This document shows, piece by piece, positions 1 through 8,926 of a DNA stretch of 64,000 nt. A program made the translations under genes and the position numbers. The notes under the pieces are model-generated. The model searched no databases and was not told the DNA's origin. It saw only the letters and a program-made list of their open reading frames with translations. Origin of the DNA: Deltaproteobacteria bacterium (GTDB lineage Bacteria > Myxococcota_A > Polyangia > Fen-1088); contig JANRKS010000006.1 in NCBI GenBank assembly GCA_033763315.1, positions 160,001 to 224,000 on the forward strand, in the 5' to 3' direction. The stretch's first letter is position 1. Every line of letters begins with the position of its first letter.

Positions 1-389
1 GGTGGATGGCCGGCCATCCGCGTTCCGGAAAAACCGAGAGCGCGGGACTTTTCGCTGTTGCGTCGCAACAGCGCGGGCACGCGCGCCAGATCCATGGCCG
101 TGTGGCCATAAACGTCGTGGGGCGAAAACAGCGCCAACTGTTGGGACGCTAGCAACGCGCCCGCATTCCAGCCTTCAGTGGCGATGGCTTGCAGCATCAC
201 GCCATGAAGTTCGTGGGGCGCGGCCAGCAGCACGCGCTCGTTGCGTTGCAGTCCGGCCGCAGCGTATTGCACTAACACCGTGGTGCGCGCTTCGTCCGTG
301 ACGAACGGCATGCACACGTGATCCCCGGGGCCCACGCGGTGAACCTCTGTTCCCGCCAGGGCCACCGACCCTTTTTGATAACCGTCCAT
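1..389 (-). CDS. MEDS (DcmR sensory) domain protein, 3' end beyond window edge
   Basis: Hand translation from ATG 389: MDGYQKGSVALAGTEVHRVGPGDHVCMPFVTDEARTTVLVQYAAAGLQRNERVLL...QLALFSPHDVYG...RALGFSGTRMAG. Open to position 1. GDHVC, GL-x2-NERVL and GFxGxR fit the MEDS pattern. Confidence 0.75.
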   Translation of the reverse strand, partial: MDGYQKGSVALAGTEVHRVGPGDHVCMPFVTDEARTTVLVQYAAAGLQRNERVLLAAPHELHGVMLQAIATEGWNAGALLASQQLALFSPHDVYGHTAMDLARVPALLRRNSEKSRALGFSGTRMAGHP

Positions 390-524
390 GTTCCCCCCAA
401 TGGCGCACGTTTTCCCCGCAAAAGGGGACCCCGCCGCCAACCATACAGAACTGCCTCGCTGCCTATTTAACTCGGTTTGGTCAGCCCACGCCAGTTTAAC
501 AGAACCAAATCTGACGCCCGGTCG

Positions 525-974
525 CTACCTCGGAAACTGACGAGCCGCTGAATCCAAAATGCCATTAACGAACGGTGCCGCTTCGGCGGTTCCGTAACGT
601 TTGGCAAGCTCAATGGCTTCGTTGATCACCACCTGCGTCGGTACGTCCAGGTGATACCGAAGCTCGTAAAAAGCTAAGCGTAAGATGCAACGGTCGACGC
701 GTGTCATGCGCTCCACGCGCCAGTTGCGCGATACCTGCCCCAACCCCTCGTCAAGCTTGGCACGCTCACGACCCACGCCCACAACCAGCTTCATCACCCA
801 ATCGCGCTCGATGGGCTCTCCGCTGCGCATGATCGCGTTCTCGTCTTCCACGGCACCAGAGAGCTCAGAAAAATAAAGCGCGGCAGCGCTGTCCGCCGCC
901 AGTTCGGGATTGGCGTCGAGCTTGAATAAGATTTGAAGCGCGATTTCTCGCGAGCGTCGACGAAGGCCGGCCAT
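525..974 (-). CDS. nusB: Transcription antitermination factor NusB
   Basis: RRRSREIALQILF, VDRCILRLA, VVINEAIELAKRYG, FVNGILD; lies downstream of ribH. Confidence 0.97.
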   Translation of the reverse strand: MAGLRRRSREIALQILFKLDANPELAADSAAALYFSELSGAVEDENAIMRSGEPIERDWVMKLVVGVGRERAKLDEGLGQVSRNWRVERMTRVDRCILRLAFYELRYHLDVPTQVVINEAIELAKRYGTAEAAPFVNGILDSAARQFPR

Positions 975-1001
975 TGTGTCTGTTCTAAAAAGCCACGTGA
1001 T

Positions 1002-1487
1002 CTACTTGGCGAAAGCCGTGGCGTAAAGCTGCGCCATCTCAACAACCACCATCGCCGCGTCGAAACCGCGGTTGCCCGCTTTGCTTCCGGCCCGCTCTAT
1101 AGCTTGCTCCATGTTTTCGCACGCCACAATGCCATTGCCCACGGCCACTTTGCCTTCGGCGGCAATCGCAGCCACGGCGGCGGTGGCTTGGCCCACAACG
1201 AGATCGAAATGCGGCGTGGCCCCGCGGATCACAACGCCTAAGCAAACGATGCCGTCGAAGCGGCCACCATCGGCAATGCGGCGGGCGATGCCCGCGATCT
1301 CGAAGGCGCCCGGGCAGCGAAAGATCTGCAGATCTTGTTCTTTGGCGCCGGTGCGCACGAAGGCATCCACAGCACCGTCCAGCAAGCGGTCAACCATGAA
1401 GTCATTGAAGCGAGACGCGACGATCGCGAATTTGCGACCAACGGAGGAAAGTTGGCCAGCGTGAGTTTTAATGAGGTCGTTCGGCAT
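1002..1487 (-). CDS. ribH: 6,7-dimethyl-8-ribityllumazine synthase
   Basis: AIVASRFN, PGAFEI, LGVVIRGATPHFD, QAIERAG.KAGNRG. Start moved to ATG 1487. Confidence 0.96.
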   Translation of the reverse strand: MPNDLIKTHAGQLSSVGRKFAIVASRFNDFMVDRLLDGAVDAFVRTGAKEQDLQIFRCPGAFEIAGIARRIADGGRFDGIVCLGVVIRGATPHFDLVVGQATAAVAAIAAEGKVAVGNGIVACENMEQAIERAGSKAGNRGFDAAMVVVEMAQLYATAFAK

Positions 1488-1519
1488 GAGATGACTTTCG
1501 TAAGAGTAACGCCTGGGGG

Positions 1520-2680
1520 CTAACCTTGCGAATCGCGCAACGAAACCACGGTCGCGGCGGGCCGGCTGCCCACGCACTCCACCACCTGCATGCCAAAGCC
1601 ATCAAGCCCGGCGATGCGGCGAGGGTTGTTTGTGAGCAAACGTATCTTGCCCACCCCAAGGTGAGCCAACACTTGAGCACCCAGCCCGAAATCACGTAAC
1701 GGTGCCTCGGGTTGTTCATCGCTCTTGATGGCTACACCCGTAGGTGTTTTCGCAGGCAGGTCCCGCAGCCAGGTTGAGGTTGTGGGCGGAATGACATACA
1801 GAAACACGCCGAAACCAGCCTCTTCGATCGACCGCATCCACACCGTGGGCGACGGATCGTTGCCAGGCACCGCAGCGCCAAACACGTCTCGCAACGCGGA
1901 CGCGGTTTGCACCCGCACCAGCGTTGGGTGATCCGCTTGCGGCTGGCCCAAGACCAATGCCAGATACTCGGTGGCATCGACGTCCGTTTGATAACGAATG
2001 GCCCGCCACCCTCGGCGGCCTTCGCCCAACGCAAGCGGTGCCTCGGCCACACACCGCACCAGCAGTTCTTTGTCCAAACGGTATTGAATGAGGTCCGCGA
2101 TCCGCACAATCCCCAATTCGTGTTTGTCGGCAAAGTCTTCCAAATCGGGGATGCGCGCCATTTCGCCGTCTTCCCGCATGATTTCGCAAATCACGCCTGA
2201 TTCGGCGCGGCCTGCCAAACGGGACAAATCAATGGCTGCCTCGGTGTGGCCCGAGCGCACCAACACGCCGCCGCGGCGAGCGCGCAAGGGGAACACGTGG
2301 CCCGGCGCCACCAGGTCTTCACCACGCGTTTTCGGATCCACAGCCACGCGAATCGTATGCGCCCGCTCAGGCGCGGAGATGCCGGTGGTGACGCCGTCGC
2401 GGGCATCGATGCTCACCGTAAACGCCGTGCCTCGCTGTGATTGGTTGTTGGGCGTCATCATCGGCAGGCCCAACGCATCCACGCGATCTTCGTTCATCGC
2501 CAAGCAGATGAGGCCGCGGCCGTGGGTGGCCATGAAGTTGATGGCTTCGGGCGTGATCAGATCCGCCGCCATGGTCAGATCGCCCTCGTTCTCGCGGTCT
2601 TCGTCGTCAACCACGATCACCATGCGTCCCGCGCGGATTTGTTCAAGGGCTTGGGGGATGGTGAGCAGTCTCTTAGGCAC
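1520..2680 (-). CDS. ribB: DHBP synthase RibB fused to a degenerate GTP cyclohydrolase II-like domain (RibBX type)
   Basis: VDDEDRENEGD, AFTVSIDA, PGHVFPL and GHTEAA are intact. The C-domain keeps DFGLGAQVL/RLLTNNP but lacks the Zn-binding Cys. GTG 2680 follows GGAG. Confidence 0.9.
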   Translation of the reverse strand: MPKRLLTIPQALEQIRAGRMVIVVDDEDRENEGDLTMAADLITPEAINFMATHGRGLICLAMNEDRVDALGLPMMTPNNQSQRGTAFTVSIDARDGVTTGISAPERAHTIRVAVDPKTRGEDLVAPGHVFPLRARRGGVLVRSGHTEAAIDLSRLAGRAESGVICEIMREDGEMARIPDLEDFADKHELGIVRIADLIQYRLDKELLVRCVAEAPLALGEGRRGWRAIRYQTDVDATEYLALVLGQPQADHPTLVRVQTASALRDVFGAAVPGNDPSPTVWMRSIEEAGFGVFLYVIPPTTSTWLRDLPAKTPTGVAIKSDEQPEAPLRDFGLGAQVLAHLGVGKIRLLTNNPRRIAGLDGFGMQVVECVGSRPAATVVSLRDSQG

Positions 2681-3353
2681 GGTTCGTTCTCCGTTTGGCG
2701 CGCGTCGGTGAGGGTTGTGGCGTGTCCCGGGACTCAAGGTAGAGGCTGGTCACGCGGATCACATGTTTGGCCATGAGATCCGTCTCGATATTGACACGGT
2801 CATGCGGGCAAAGCTCGCCCAGGGTCGTCATGGCCAGGGTGTGGGGAATGAGCATCACTTGAAACTGGCGGCCTTTGACCCAATTGATGGTGAGGCTGAC
2901 GCCGTTGATGGCCACGGAGCCTTTCGGAATCACGGCCTTCGCGAGGGCCGCGGGCAGTTGAACCACGAGCTCGTGCGCCTGCCCCACGGCCTGGCTCTTC
3001 TTAACGACGCCCTGGCCGTCCACATGCCCGGAAACCATGTGCCCGCCTAAGGAATCGCCCAGCCGCAAAGCGCGTTCCAGGTGCACCCTTTGCCCCACCT
3101 TGAGCGCCTGCAAAGTTGTGATGGCCAGCGTCTCCGGCCCCAAATCGGCGGTGAACAAAGTGCCAGCGCGCCGCTTTTGCTTTACCGGTGTTTTGCTGGT
3201 GATCGTCAAGCACACGCCATCGACGGCCACGCTTGCGCCCAGGCCCAGTGCGGTCAAATCCAACGTGGTGAAGACCGCTAGCCGGGCCACGCCGTCCGTG
3301 CGCGGCTCGATCGCGGTGACTTCGCCCAAGTTTTCAATGATGCCGGTAAACAC
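2673..3353 (-). CDS. ribE: Riboflavin synthase alpha chain
   Basis: N-terminal (M)FTGII at GTG 3353; GASVAVDGVCLT, LGGHMVSGHVD, KGSVAINGVSLT. Confidence 0.95.
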   Translation of the reverse strand: MFTGIIENLGEVTAIEPRTDGVARLAVFTTLDLTALGLGASVAVDGVCLTITSKTPVKQKRRAGTLFTADLGPETLAITTLQALKVGQRVHLERALRLGDSLGGHMVSGHVDGQGVVKKSQAVGQAHELVVQLPAALAKAVIPKGSVAINGVSLTINWVKGRQFQVMLIPHTLAMTTLGELCPHDRVNIETDLMAKHVIRVTSLYLESRDTPQPSPTRAKRRTNRA

Positions 3354-3393
3354 GCGTCGAAGAATGTAGGGGGCGGGGCAGGGGTGCGCAAAA

Positions 3394-4569
3394 TCATTTG
3401 CGACGGCGGCCCGCCGGCGCCACGTCCGCCGTGACGAGCAGATCGGGCCCAAGCGGCGTGAATTGCAGGTTAGACAACGGCAGCAGCGCGTCCGTGCCCA
3501 GCCCGCGCCCCGTAACCACCGGTACGCCGCCGCCCGCGAGTTTCGGCGCAAAAAACGCGGCCACCCGGTCCACAAGGCCAGCCGCAACAAAAGCGGCGTG
3601 AACGTGGCTGCCGCCTTCGACCAACAGAGATTGCACCCCGCGCTTGGCCAACACGCGCACTGCGGGGCCCAGGGCCACGCCGTGCGTTCCTGGGGGCACC
3701 AAGGCAACCTCCGCACCGGCGGCTTCCAGCGCCCGCCGACGACGTGCGAACGCCGCTCGCGCGGCCTTTTCAGGCTCGGCAGCCAGCAACAACGGGGGCG
3801 GCACTCCCTCAGCCTTGGCCAGCAGCCGTGCCGAAGGAGGCGTGCGCAAGTGCGTGTCCAGCACCACGCGCAAGATGGCGTGGCTACCTCCGGGGGGCAG
3901 CCGTTTTGCGCGCACAGTGAGTTGGGGATCGTCAGCCAGAACCGTGCCGTGCCCCACCAAAATGGCGTGGTGTTGCGCGCGCAGGCCGTGTGCGTACGCC
4001 AGGGCCGCTTTGCTGGTGATGGCGAGCGGCGCGCGTCCCTTGCCTACCTCGGCGTTTTCCTGACCGATGACACCATCCAACGTGGCCGCGTATTTCAGCG
4101 TCACCAACGGCCGTTGGTGCTCTATCCAGCAGAAAAACGCCCGGTTGATCGCTGTGCATTCGTCCTGCAGGCACCCAACGTCAACGCGGATGCCGGCCCG
4201 GCGCAAGCGTGCGATGCCGGCGCCATTCACAACAGGGTTGGCGTCGCGGCAGCCCACCACCACCCGCGCCACTTTGGCCGCAATCACCGCGTCGGTACAG
4301 GGACCGGTGCGGCCCGTATGGCAGCAAGGTTCCAGCGTCACGTATAAAGTTGACCCTTGCGCCGCGCTGCCCGCAGCACGCAGTGCCTCCGCTTCAGCGT
4401 GTGGTTTGCCGGCCCTGCGGTGATACCCGGTGGCCACCACGCGCGTGCCCTTGACCACCACGGCCCCCACCGCAGGGTTGGGCGTTGTGCGACCTAGCGC
4501 CTTGCTTGCGTGCAGCAAGGCCAGCTGCATGAAGCGCTCGTCTTTGTTGGGGGTAAGGCGCGTCGGCAT
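3394..4569 (-). CDS. ribD: Bifunctional deaminase/reductase RibD
   Basis: PNPAVGAVVV, HAE, LYVTLEPCCH...PC, ADDPQLTVR, LLVEGG. Confidence 0.96.
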   Translation of the reverse strand: MPTRLTPNKDERFMQLALLHASKALGRTTPNPAVGAVVVKGTRVVATGYHRRAGKPHAEAEALRAAGSAAQGSTLYVTLEPCCHTGRTGPCTDAVIAAKVARVVVGCRDANPVVNGAGIARLRRAGIRVDVGCLQDECTAINRAFFCWIEHQRPLVTLKYAATLDGVIGQENAEVGKGRAPLAITSKAALAYAHGLRAQHHAILVGHGTVLADDPQLTVRAKRLPPGGSHAILRVVLDTHLRTPPSARLLAKAEGVPPPLLLAAEPEKAARAAFARRRRALEAAGAEVALVPPGTHGVALGPAVRVLAKRGVQSLLVEGGSHVHAAFVAAGLVDRVAAFFAPKLAGGGVPVVTGRGLGTDALLPLSNLQFTPLGPDLLVTADVAPAGRRRK

Positions 4570-4575
4570 GCGGCC

Positions 4576-5112
4576 TTAGGGCTTCGAAGGCTCACCACTG
4601 GAACTGGAGGCACCTTCAGAAGCGCCGGGCCCCGCCGGGGAGCCATGTTTCTCCCCCTTGCTCGCCTGCATCAGCCGTTGCACCTCGTTCATCAATTCGC
4701 CCAGATCCTTGAACGAAAGGTAAACGGAAGCAAAACGCAGGTAGGCCACTTCATCGAGCCGGCGCAGGGTGGACAACACCGCGTCCCCAATCTTGGACGC
4801 CACCACCTCTTTTTCGCCCAAATCCTGCAGAGTTTTTTCAATCTCCTCGATGGCCTTGTCTTGGGCTTCGATGGAAACGGGGCGCTTTTCGCAGGCCTTG
4901 CGCACGCCCGCCTGCACCTTGCTGCGGTCGTAGGGTTCGCGCCGCCCGTCCTTCTTGACGATGAGCGGCATCTCCTGCTCGACGCGTTCATAGGTCGTGA
5001 AGCGTCGGTTGCACGTGGCGCACTCGCGGCGGCGACGGATCACCTGGTCGCCATCGCTGGGACGGGTGTCAACCACGCGGTCTTCTAAGGCCGAACAAAA
5101 TGGACAACGCAT
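4576..5112 (-). CDS. nrdR: Transcriptional repressor NrdR
   Basis: MRCPFC...IRRRREC..C..RFTTYE zinc ribbon, ATP-cone, VAYLRFASVY. Confidence 0.97.
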   Translation of the reverse strand: MRCPFCSALEDRVVDTRPSDGDQVIRRRRECATCNRRFTTYERVEQEMPLIVKKDGRREPYDRSKVQAGVRKACEKRPVSIEAQDKAIEEIEKTLQDLGEKEVVASKIGDAVLSTLRRLDEVAYLRFASVYLSFKDLGELMNEVQRLMQASKGEKHGSPAGPGASEGASSSSGEPSKP

Positions 5113-5165
5113 TGTCGAGGAGTGTGGGCAAGGTACTCGGTTCGTGCGCTATCTTCTAGCCCCCA

Positions 5166-6152
5166 ATGAGCGAACTACGATTGACAGTCAATGGCGCCCC
5201 CGAAACCGCACCTCTGGGCGCCACCGTGGCAGACCTTTTGGTGCGCATGGGCATTGACCCCTCCCGCGTGGCCATTGAACGCAACGAAGACGTGGTCCCG
5301 CGCAAAACGTGGGCCGAAACCCCTTTGCACGAAGGCGATCGCGTTGAGATCGTGGCGTTCGTGGGCGGTGGCAGCGATGGCCCCGCCGATCCGTTGGTGA
5401 TTGCGGGCCGTGCGTTTAAGTCTCGTTTGTTGATTGGCACCGGCAAGTACAAGTCGATCGAAGAAACCCGCCAGGCCATCGCGCTGTCAGGCGCGGACAT
5501 CGTGACCGTGGCCCTGCGCCGCGTGGATCTGACGCCGGGCAAGCCGAACGTTTTGGACGCCATCGATCGCAGCCGCATCACGATTTTGCCCAACACCGCG
5601 GGCTGCTACACCGCCGAAGACGCCATCCGCGTGTGCCGTTTGGCGCGCGAGTTGGGCGTGGGCGACATGGTGAAGCTCGAGGTGATCGGCGATCCCGATA
5701 CGTTGTTTCCCGATGGCGAGGCCACGCTGCAAGCGGCGAAGGTGCTGGTCAAAGAAGGCTTCATCGTCTTGCCCTACTGCATGGATGACCCGATTTTGGC
5801 GCGGCGGCTGCAAGACGCAGGCTGTGCAGCCGTGATGCCGTTGGCCGCTCCGATTGGTTCAGGCTTGGGGATCCGCAACCCGTATAACATCCGCATCATT
5901 CTCGAAAAGGCGACGGTGCCGATCATCGTCGACGCCGGCGTGGGCACCGCCAGCGACGCCGCCGTGGCGATGGAATTGGGCTGCCAAGGCGTGCTGATGA
6001 ACACCGCGATCGCAGGGGCACGTGATCCGTTGCTAATGGCCGAAGCGATGCGCGACGCTGTGCTCGCAGGGCGCAAGGCCTTCCGTGCGGGGCGCATCGC
6101 TCGCAAACTCTACGCCACGGCGTCTTCACCTGAAGAAGGCGTAATCGAGTAA
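5166..6152 (+). CDS. thiG: ThiS-ThiG fusion (sulfur carrier plus thiazole synthase)
   Basis: N-terminal ~68 aa ThiS (VAIERN..VVPR..W...[13 protein letters not shown]), then ThiG ([38 protein letters not shown]). Confidence 0.95.
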   Translation: MSELRLTVNGAPETAPLGATVADLLVRMGIDPSRVAIERNEDVVPRKTWAETPLHEGDRVEIVAFVGGGSDGPADPLVIAGRAFKSRLLIGTGKYKSIEETRQAIALSGADIVTVALRRVDLTPGKPNVLDAIDRSRITILPNTAGCYTAEDAIRVCRLARELGVGDMVKLEVIGDPDTLFPDGEATLQAAKVLVKEGFIVLPYCMDDPILARRLQDAGCAAVMPLAAPIGSGLGIRNPYNIRIILEKATVPIIVDAGVGTASDAAVAMELGCQGVLMNTAIAGARDPLLMAEAMRDAVLAGRKAFRAGRIARKLYATASSPEEGVIE

Positions 6153-6156
6153 CGCT

Positions 6157-6810
6157 GTGGCGGCGCCGCACGTTTACGTGATCACGGACCGTCGGGTCAC
6201 GGGTGGCCGCTCGCTGCCTGCCGTGATCGAATCCGCGCTGGCGGGCGCCGCTGCCGTTAAAGACGTGCGCATCGCCGTGCAGCTACGTGAGAAGGATTTG
6301 GGCGGTGCCGCCTTGTACGAACTTGGGCAGCAACTCAGGCCGATCACGCAGCGCTATGGCGCCGCCCTATTCATCAACGGCCGCGTCGATGTGGCGTTGG
6401 CGTGTGGGGCCGATGGCGTTCATTTGGGCGAAGGCGCGCTGCCCGTGGGGGTGGTTCGGCAGGTGGCGCCGGGCCTGCGCGTGGGTCTGTCCACGCACAC
6501 GGTGGCCGACGTGCAGAACGCGCAGCGCTTGGGCGCCGACTTTGTGGTGTTTGGCCCCGTCTTCGCCACGCCCAGCAAGGCCGCTTTTTTGGCGGCGCGC
6601 GGGCTTGATGAACTGAGTGCGGCTGCAGCCACGCCGATTCCCGTGCTGGCGTTGGGCGGGGTCGAAACGCAGAATGTGGCGGCGTGCGCTGGGCATGGCG
6701 CGTCGGGTGTGGCCGTGATTCGGGCGGTGCTTGCCAGCGCGGATCCAGGCGCGGCGTTGCTGGCGCTGCTGCAGCGGTTCCAGTCGTCTCGTGTGGCTGA
6801 CAGCGTCTAG
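6157..6810 (+). CDS. thiE: Thiamine-phosphate synthase (ThiE/TenI family)
   Basis: VQLREK, DGVHLG, GLSTH, FGPVFATPSK, ALGG; 4 nt after thiG. Confidence 0.85.
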   Translation: MAAPHVYVITDRRVTGGRSLPAVIESALAGAAAVKDVRIAVQLREKDLGGAALYELGQQLRPITQRYGAALFINGRVDVALACGADGVHLGEGALPVGVVRQVAPGLRVGLSTHTVADVQNAQRLGADFVVFGPVFATPSKAAFLAARGLDELSAAAATPIPVLALGGVETQNVAACAGHGASGVAVIRAVLASADPGAALLALLQRFQSSRVADSV

Positions 6811-6930
6811 CTATTTCGCTTGACGTCCCTCCGTGAACGCCTAACTTTCCCCGCCGAGGGTGTGGGTCTTGTCACGACCTGCAGGGGTAGGTGGTTTTTG
6901 TCCGATTGGAGGAGGAATGATGTGACGGCA

Positions 6931-7134
6931 ATGGGTAAGGTGAAGTGGTTCAGCAACGTGAAGGGGTTTGGGTTTATCGAGCGAGATGATGGCGCCGACG
7001 TTTTCGTACATCACAGCTCGATTCAGATGGAGGGGTATCGTTCGCTGAAAGGGGGGCAACCGGTCGAGTTTGAAGTCATCGACGGTCCCAAGGGCCCGCA
7101 AGCGCAGAACGTGCGACGCACCGGCAACGCCTAG
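6931..7134 (+). CDS. cspA: Cold-shock protein
   Basis: [30 protein letters not shown]; GGAGG upstream. Confidence 0.95.
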   Translation: MGKVKWFSNVKGFGFIERDDGADVFVHHSSIQMEGYRSLKGGQPVEFEVIDGPKGPQAQNVRRTGNA

Positions 7135-7151
7135 GAAGCTCCCCACGAGAA

Positions 7152-7186
7152 CCCGGGGCCGGTCTGCTTGTTCGACCGGCTTCGGG
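7152..7186 (+). terminator. GC-rich hairpin after csp (possible terminator or stability element)
   Basis: CCCGGGGCCGGTC / GACCGGCTTCGGG stem; no U-tract. Confidence 0.4.
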
Positions 7187-7223
7187 GCTGCTTCGACACC
7201 CCAAAAAGAATTTTTCGTTCGCT

Positions 7224-7250
7224 TAGATCTTTTCGCCGGGGCGTGCGTTC
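7224..7250 (+). promoter_or_regulatory. Candidate ECF-sigma promoter
   Basis: TAGATC-N16-CGTTC with a T-tract after the -35 and an A/T-rich tract at 7203-7215; about 20 nt before ATG 7271, upstream of an ECF sigma gene. Confidence 0.45.
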
Positions 7251-7270
7251 AACGTCTCAGGAGATAGACG

Positions 7271-8209
7271 ATGAACAACGAACGACGCACGGTGATGAAG
7301 TTGTCCTTGGGTGCTCTGGTTGCGGCCGCCGCCTGCGCCGCCCCTCAAAGTTCGATGGCTGGTGCTCTGCGCGATCAAGCGGGGCCCTACGAGATTGAAG
7401 TGTTGGTGGACGGGCAGCCGTTGAACACTTACTCCCACCGTGGTGAGACGTACGTTATGGGCCAAAAGGGTGAGCGCTATGTCCTCCGTGTTCACAACCG
7501 TTCATACCGCCGTGTAGAGGCGGTGGTGACGGTGGACGGCCTCGACGTCATCGACGGCAAGCCAGGCTCCGTGCAGAAACGCGGCTACTTGGTGCCAGCG
7601 TGGGGCGCGGTGGACATCGACGGCTGGCGGTTGTCGGCCGCTCAAGTGGCGGCGTTTCGCTTCTCTTCCGTGGCGGCCTCGTACGCGGGCCGCATGGGCC
7701 AGCCTCGCAATGTGGGCGTGATCGGCGTGGCCATGTTCCCCGAACGCGTGGTGCGCCCGCTGCCTCGCCCCGTCATGCCTTACCGCCGTCCGGCCCCTCG
7801 TCCTTACGACGACGCCTATGGTGGCTTGCAAAAGAGCGAAGCCGAAGCGCCACGGGCCGCCGCACCTGCCTCGCCTGCCAACGAAGCTTTGGCGGACGCC
7901 GATGGCCGCGCGTCAGGTGGAGCCCCGGCGAAGTCTGCGGAACGAAGCCGAAACCGTCCCGGGTTGGGCACCCAGTTTGGCGAACAAGTGGATTCCGATG
8001 TGCACGAGGTGGCGTTTGAACGCGCCAACGCCAGCAACCCCAGCGTCGTGTTTGGCGTCCGCTACAACGACCGTCGCGGGTTGGTGGCGATGGGTATCGA
8101 CGTGGACGGTGATCGCGCTTGGTCTGACGCCAACCTACGCCGCACAGCCGAACCATTTCCAGCGTCGTCGGGCTTTGCTCGGCCGCCGCGTGGCTGGAAT
8201 GGTGAATAA
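7271..8209 (+). CDS. Exported hypothetical protein
   Basis: AGGAG SD and signal peptide. Blocks GERYVLRVHN, VDGLDVIDG, GYLVPAW, IDGWR, SYA..MGQPRNVGVIGVAMF and GLGTQFGE resemble an uncharacterised family recalled from myxobacteria and xanthomonads. Confidence 0.8.
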   Translation: MNNERRTVMKLSLGALVAAAACAAPQSSMAGALRDQAGPYEIEVLVDGQPLNTYSHRGETYVMGQKGERYVLRVHNRSYRRVEAVVTVDGLDVIDGKPGSVQKRGYLVPAWGAVDIDGWRLSAAQVAAFRFSSVAASYAGRMGQPRNVGVIGVAMFPERVVRPLPRPVMPYRRPAPRPYDDAYGGLQKSEAEAPRAAAPASPANEALADADGRASGGAPAKSAERSRNRPGLGTQFGEQVDSDVHEVAFERANASNPSVVFGVRYNDRRGLVAMGIDVDGDRAWSDANLRRTAEPFPASSGFARPPRGWNGE

Positions 8210-8305
8210 CGTCCTCGTGAAGAGCGAGCGAAGCAGGGGGCGCCGCGACCAAACCGTCACGGTGCCCCTGTTCAGCGTAAAGCAATTAGGCGACGATAAC
8301 CGCGG

Positions 8306-8926
8306 ATGACCGACGAGGCCCTCATGCAAGCGTTCCAGATGGGCGACGCCAAAGCTTTTGCCACGTTGGTGCAACGGCACGAGACGAAGCTGTGGAATTT
8401 CTTGCGCCGTTATGTGGGCGATGCCGCCACCGCCGAAGATTTGCTTCAGGATGTTTTCATGCGCGTGTTGGCTCATGCAGCCGAATGGACGCCTGCCGCG
8501 AAAGTGACGACGTGGATGTACACCATCGCTCGCAACCTCTGCACCGATCATGCCCGCCGCGCCGTCCATCGCCACGCGGTTTCGCTGGATGGCGCGCCCA
8601 CCGCACGCATGACACAAGAGGATTCGGGTCCGGTTTTGGTTGAACGCTTGGCGGGGCCCGATCTTGGAGGCGAACACAACGTGTCCACCGCCCAGATGGT
8701 CAAAGAGCTGGATGTTGCGTTGGCCGCGTTGCCAGAGGAGCAGCGCGAAGTTTTCTTGATGCGTGAAGTGATGGATCTATCGTTCGCTGAAATTGCCGAA
8801 GCGGTGGGCGCTTCGGTACCCACTGTGAAAAGTCGTATGCGCTACGCACTTGAACGGTTGCGCGAAGCTTTGGTCGCCTTTCGCGAATCAGGCACACACA
8901 GCGCGGTTGTGCAGGTGCAGCCATGA
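8306..8926 (+). CDS. ECF RNA polymerase sigma factor
   Basis: AEDLLQDVF, WMYTIARNLCTD (region 2); LPEEQREVFLMRE..LSFAEIAE..G....TVKSRMRYA (region 4). Confidence 0.95.
   Translation: MTDEALMQAFQMGDAKAFATLVQRHETKLWNFLRRYVGDAATAEDLLQDVFMRVLAHAAEWTPAAKVTTWMYTIARNLCTDHARRAVHRHAVSLDGAPTARMTQEDSGPVLVERLAGPDLGGEHNVSTAQMVKELDVALAALPEEQREVFLMREVMDLSFAEIAEAVGASVPTVKSRMRYALERLREALVAFRESGTHSAVVQVQP

Noticed and set aside
2-444. ORF-track calls 2-301 (+) and 175-444 (-)
   Set aside because: Superseded by the motif-bearing MEDS frame starting at 389.
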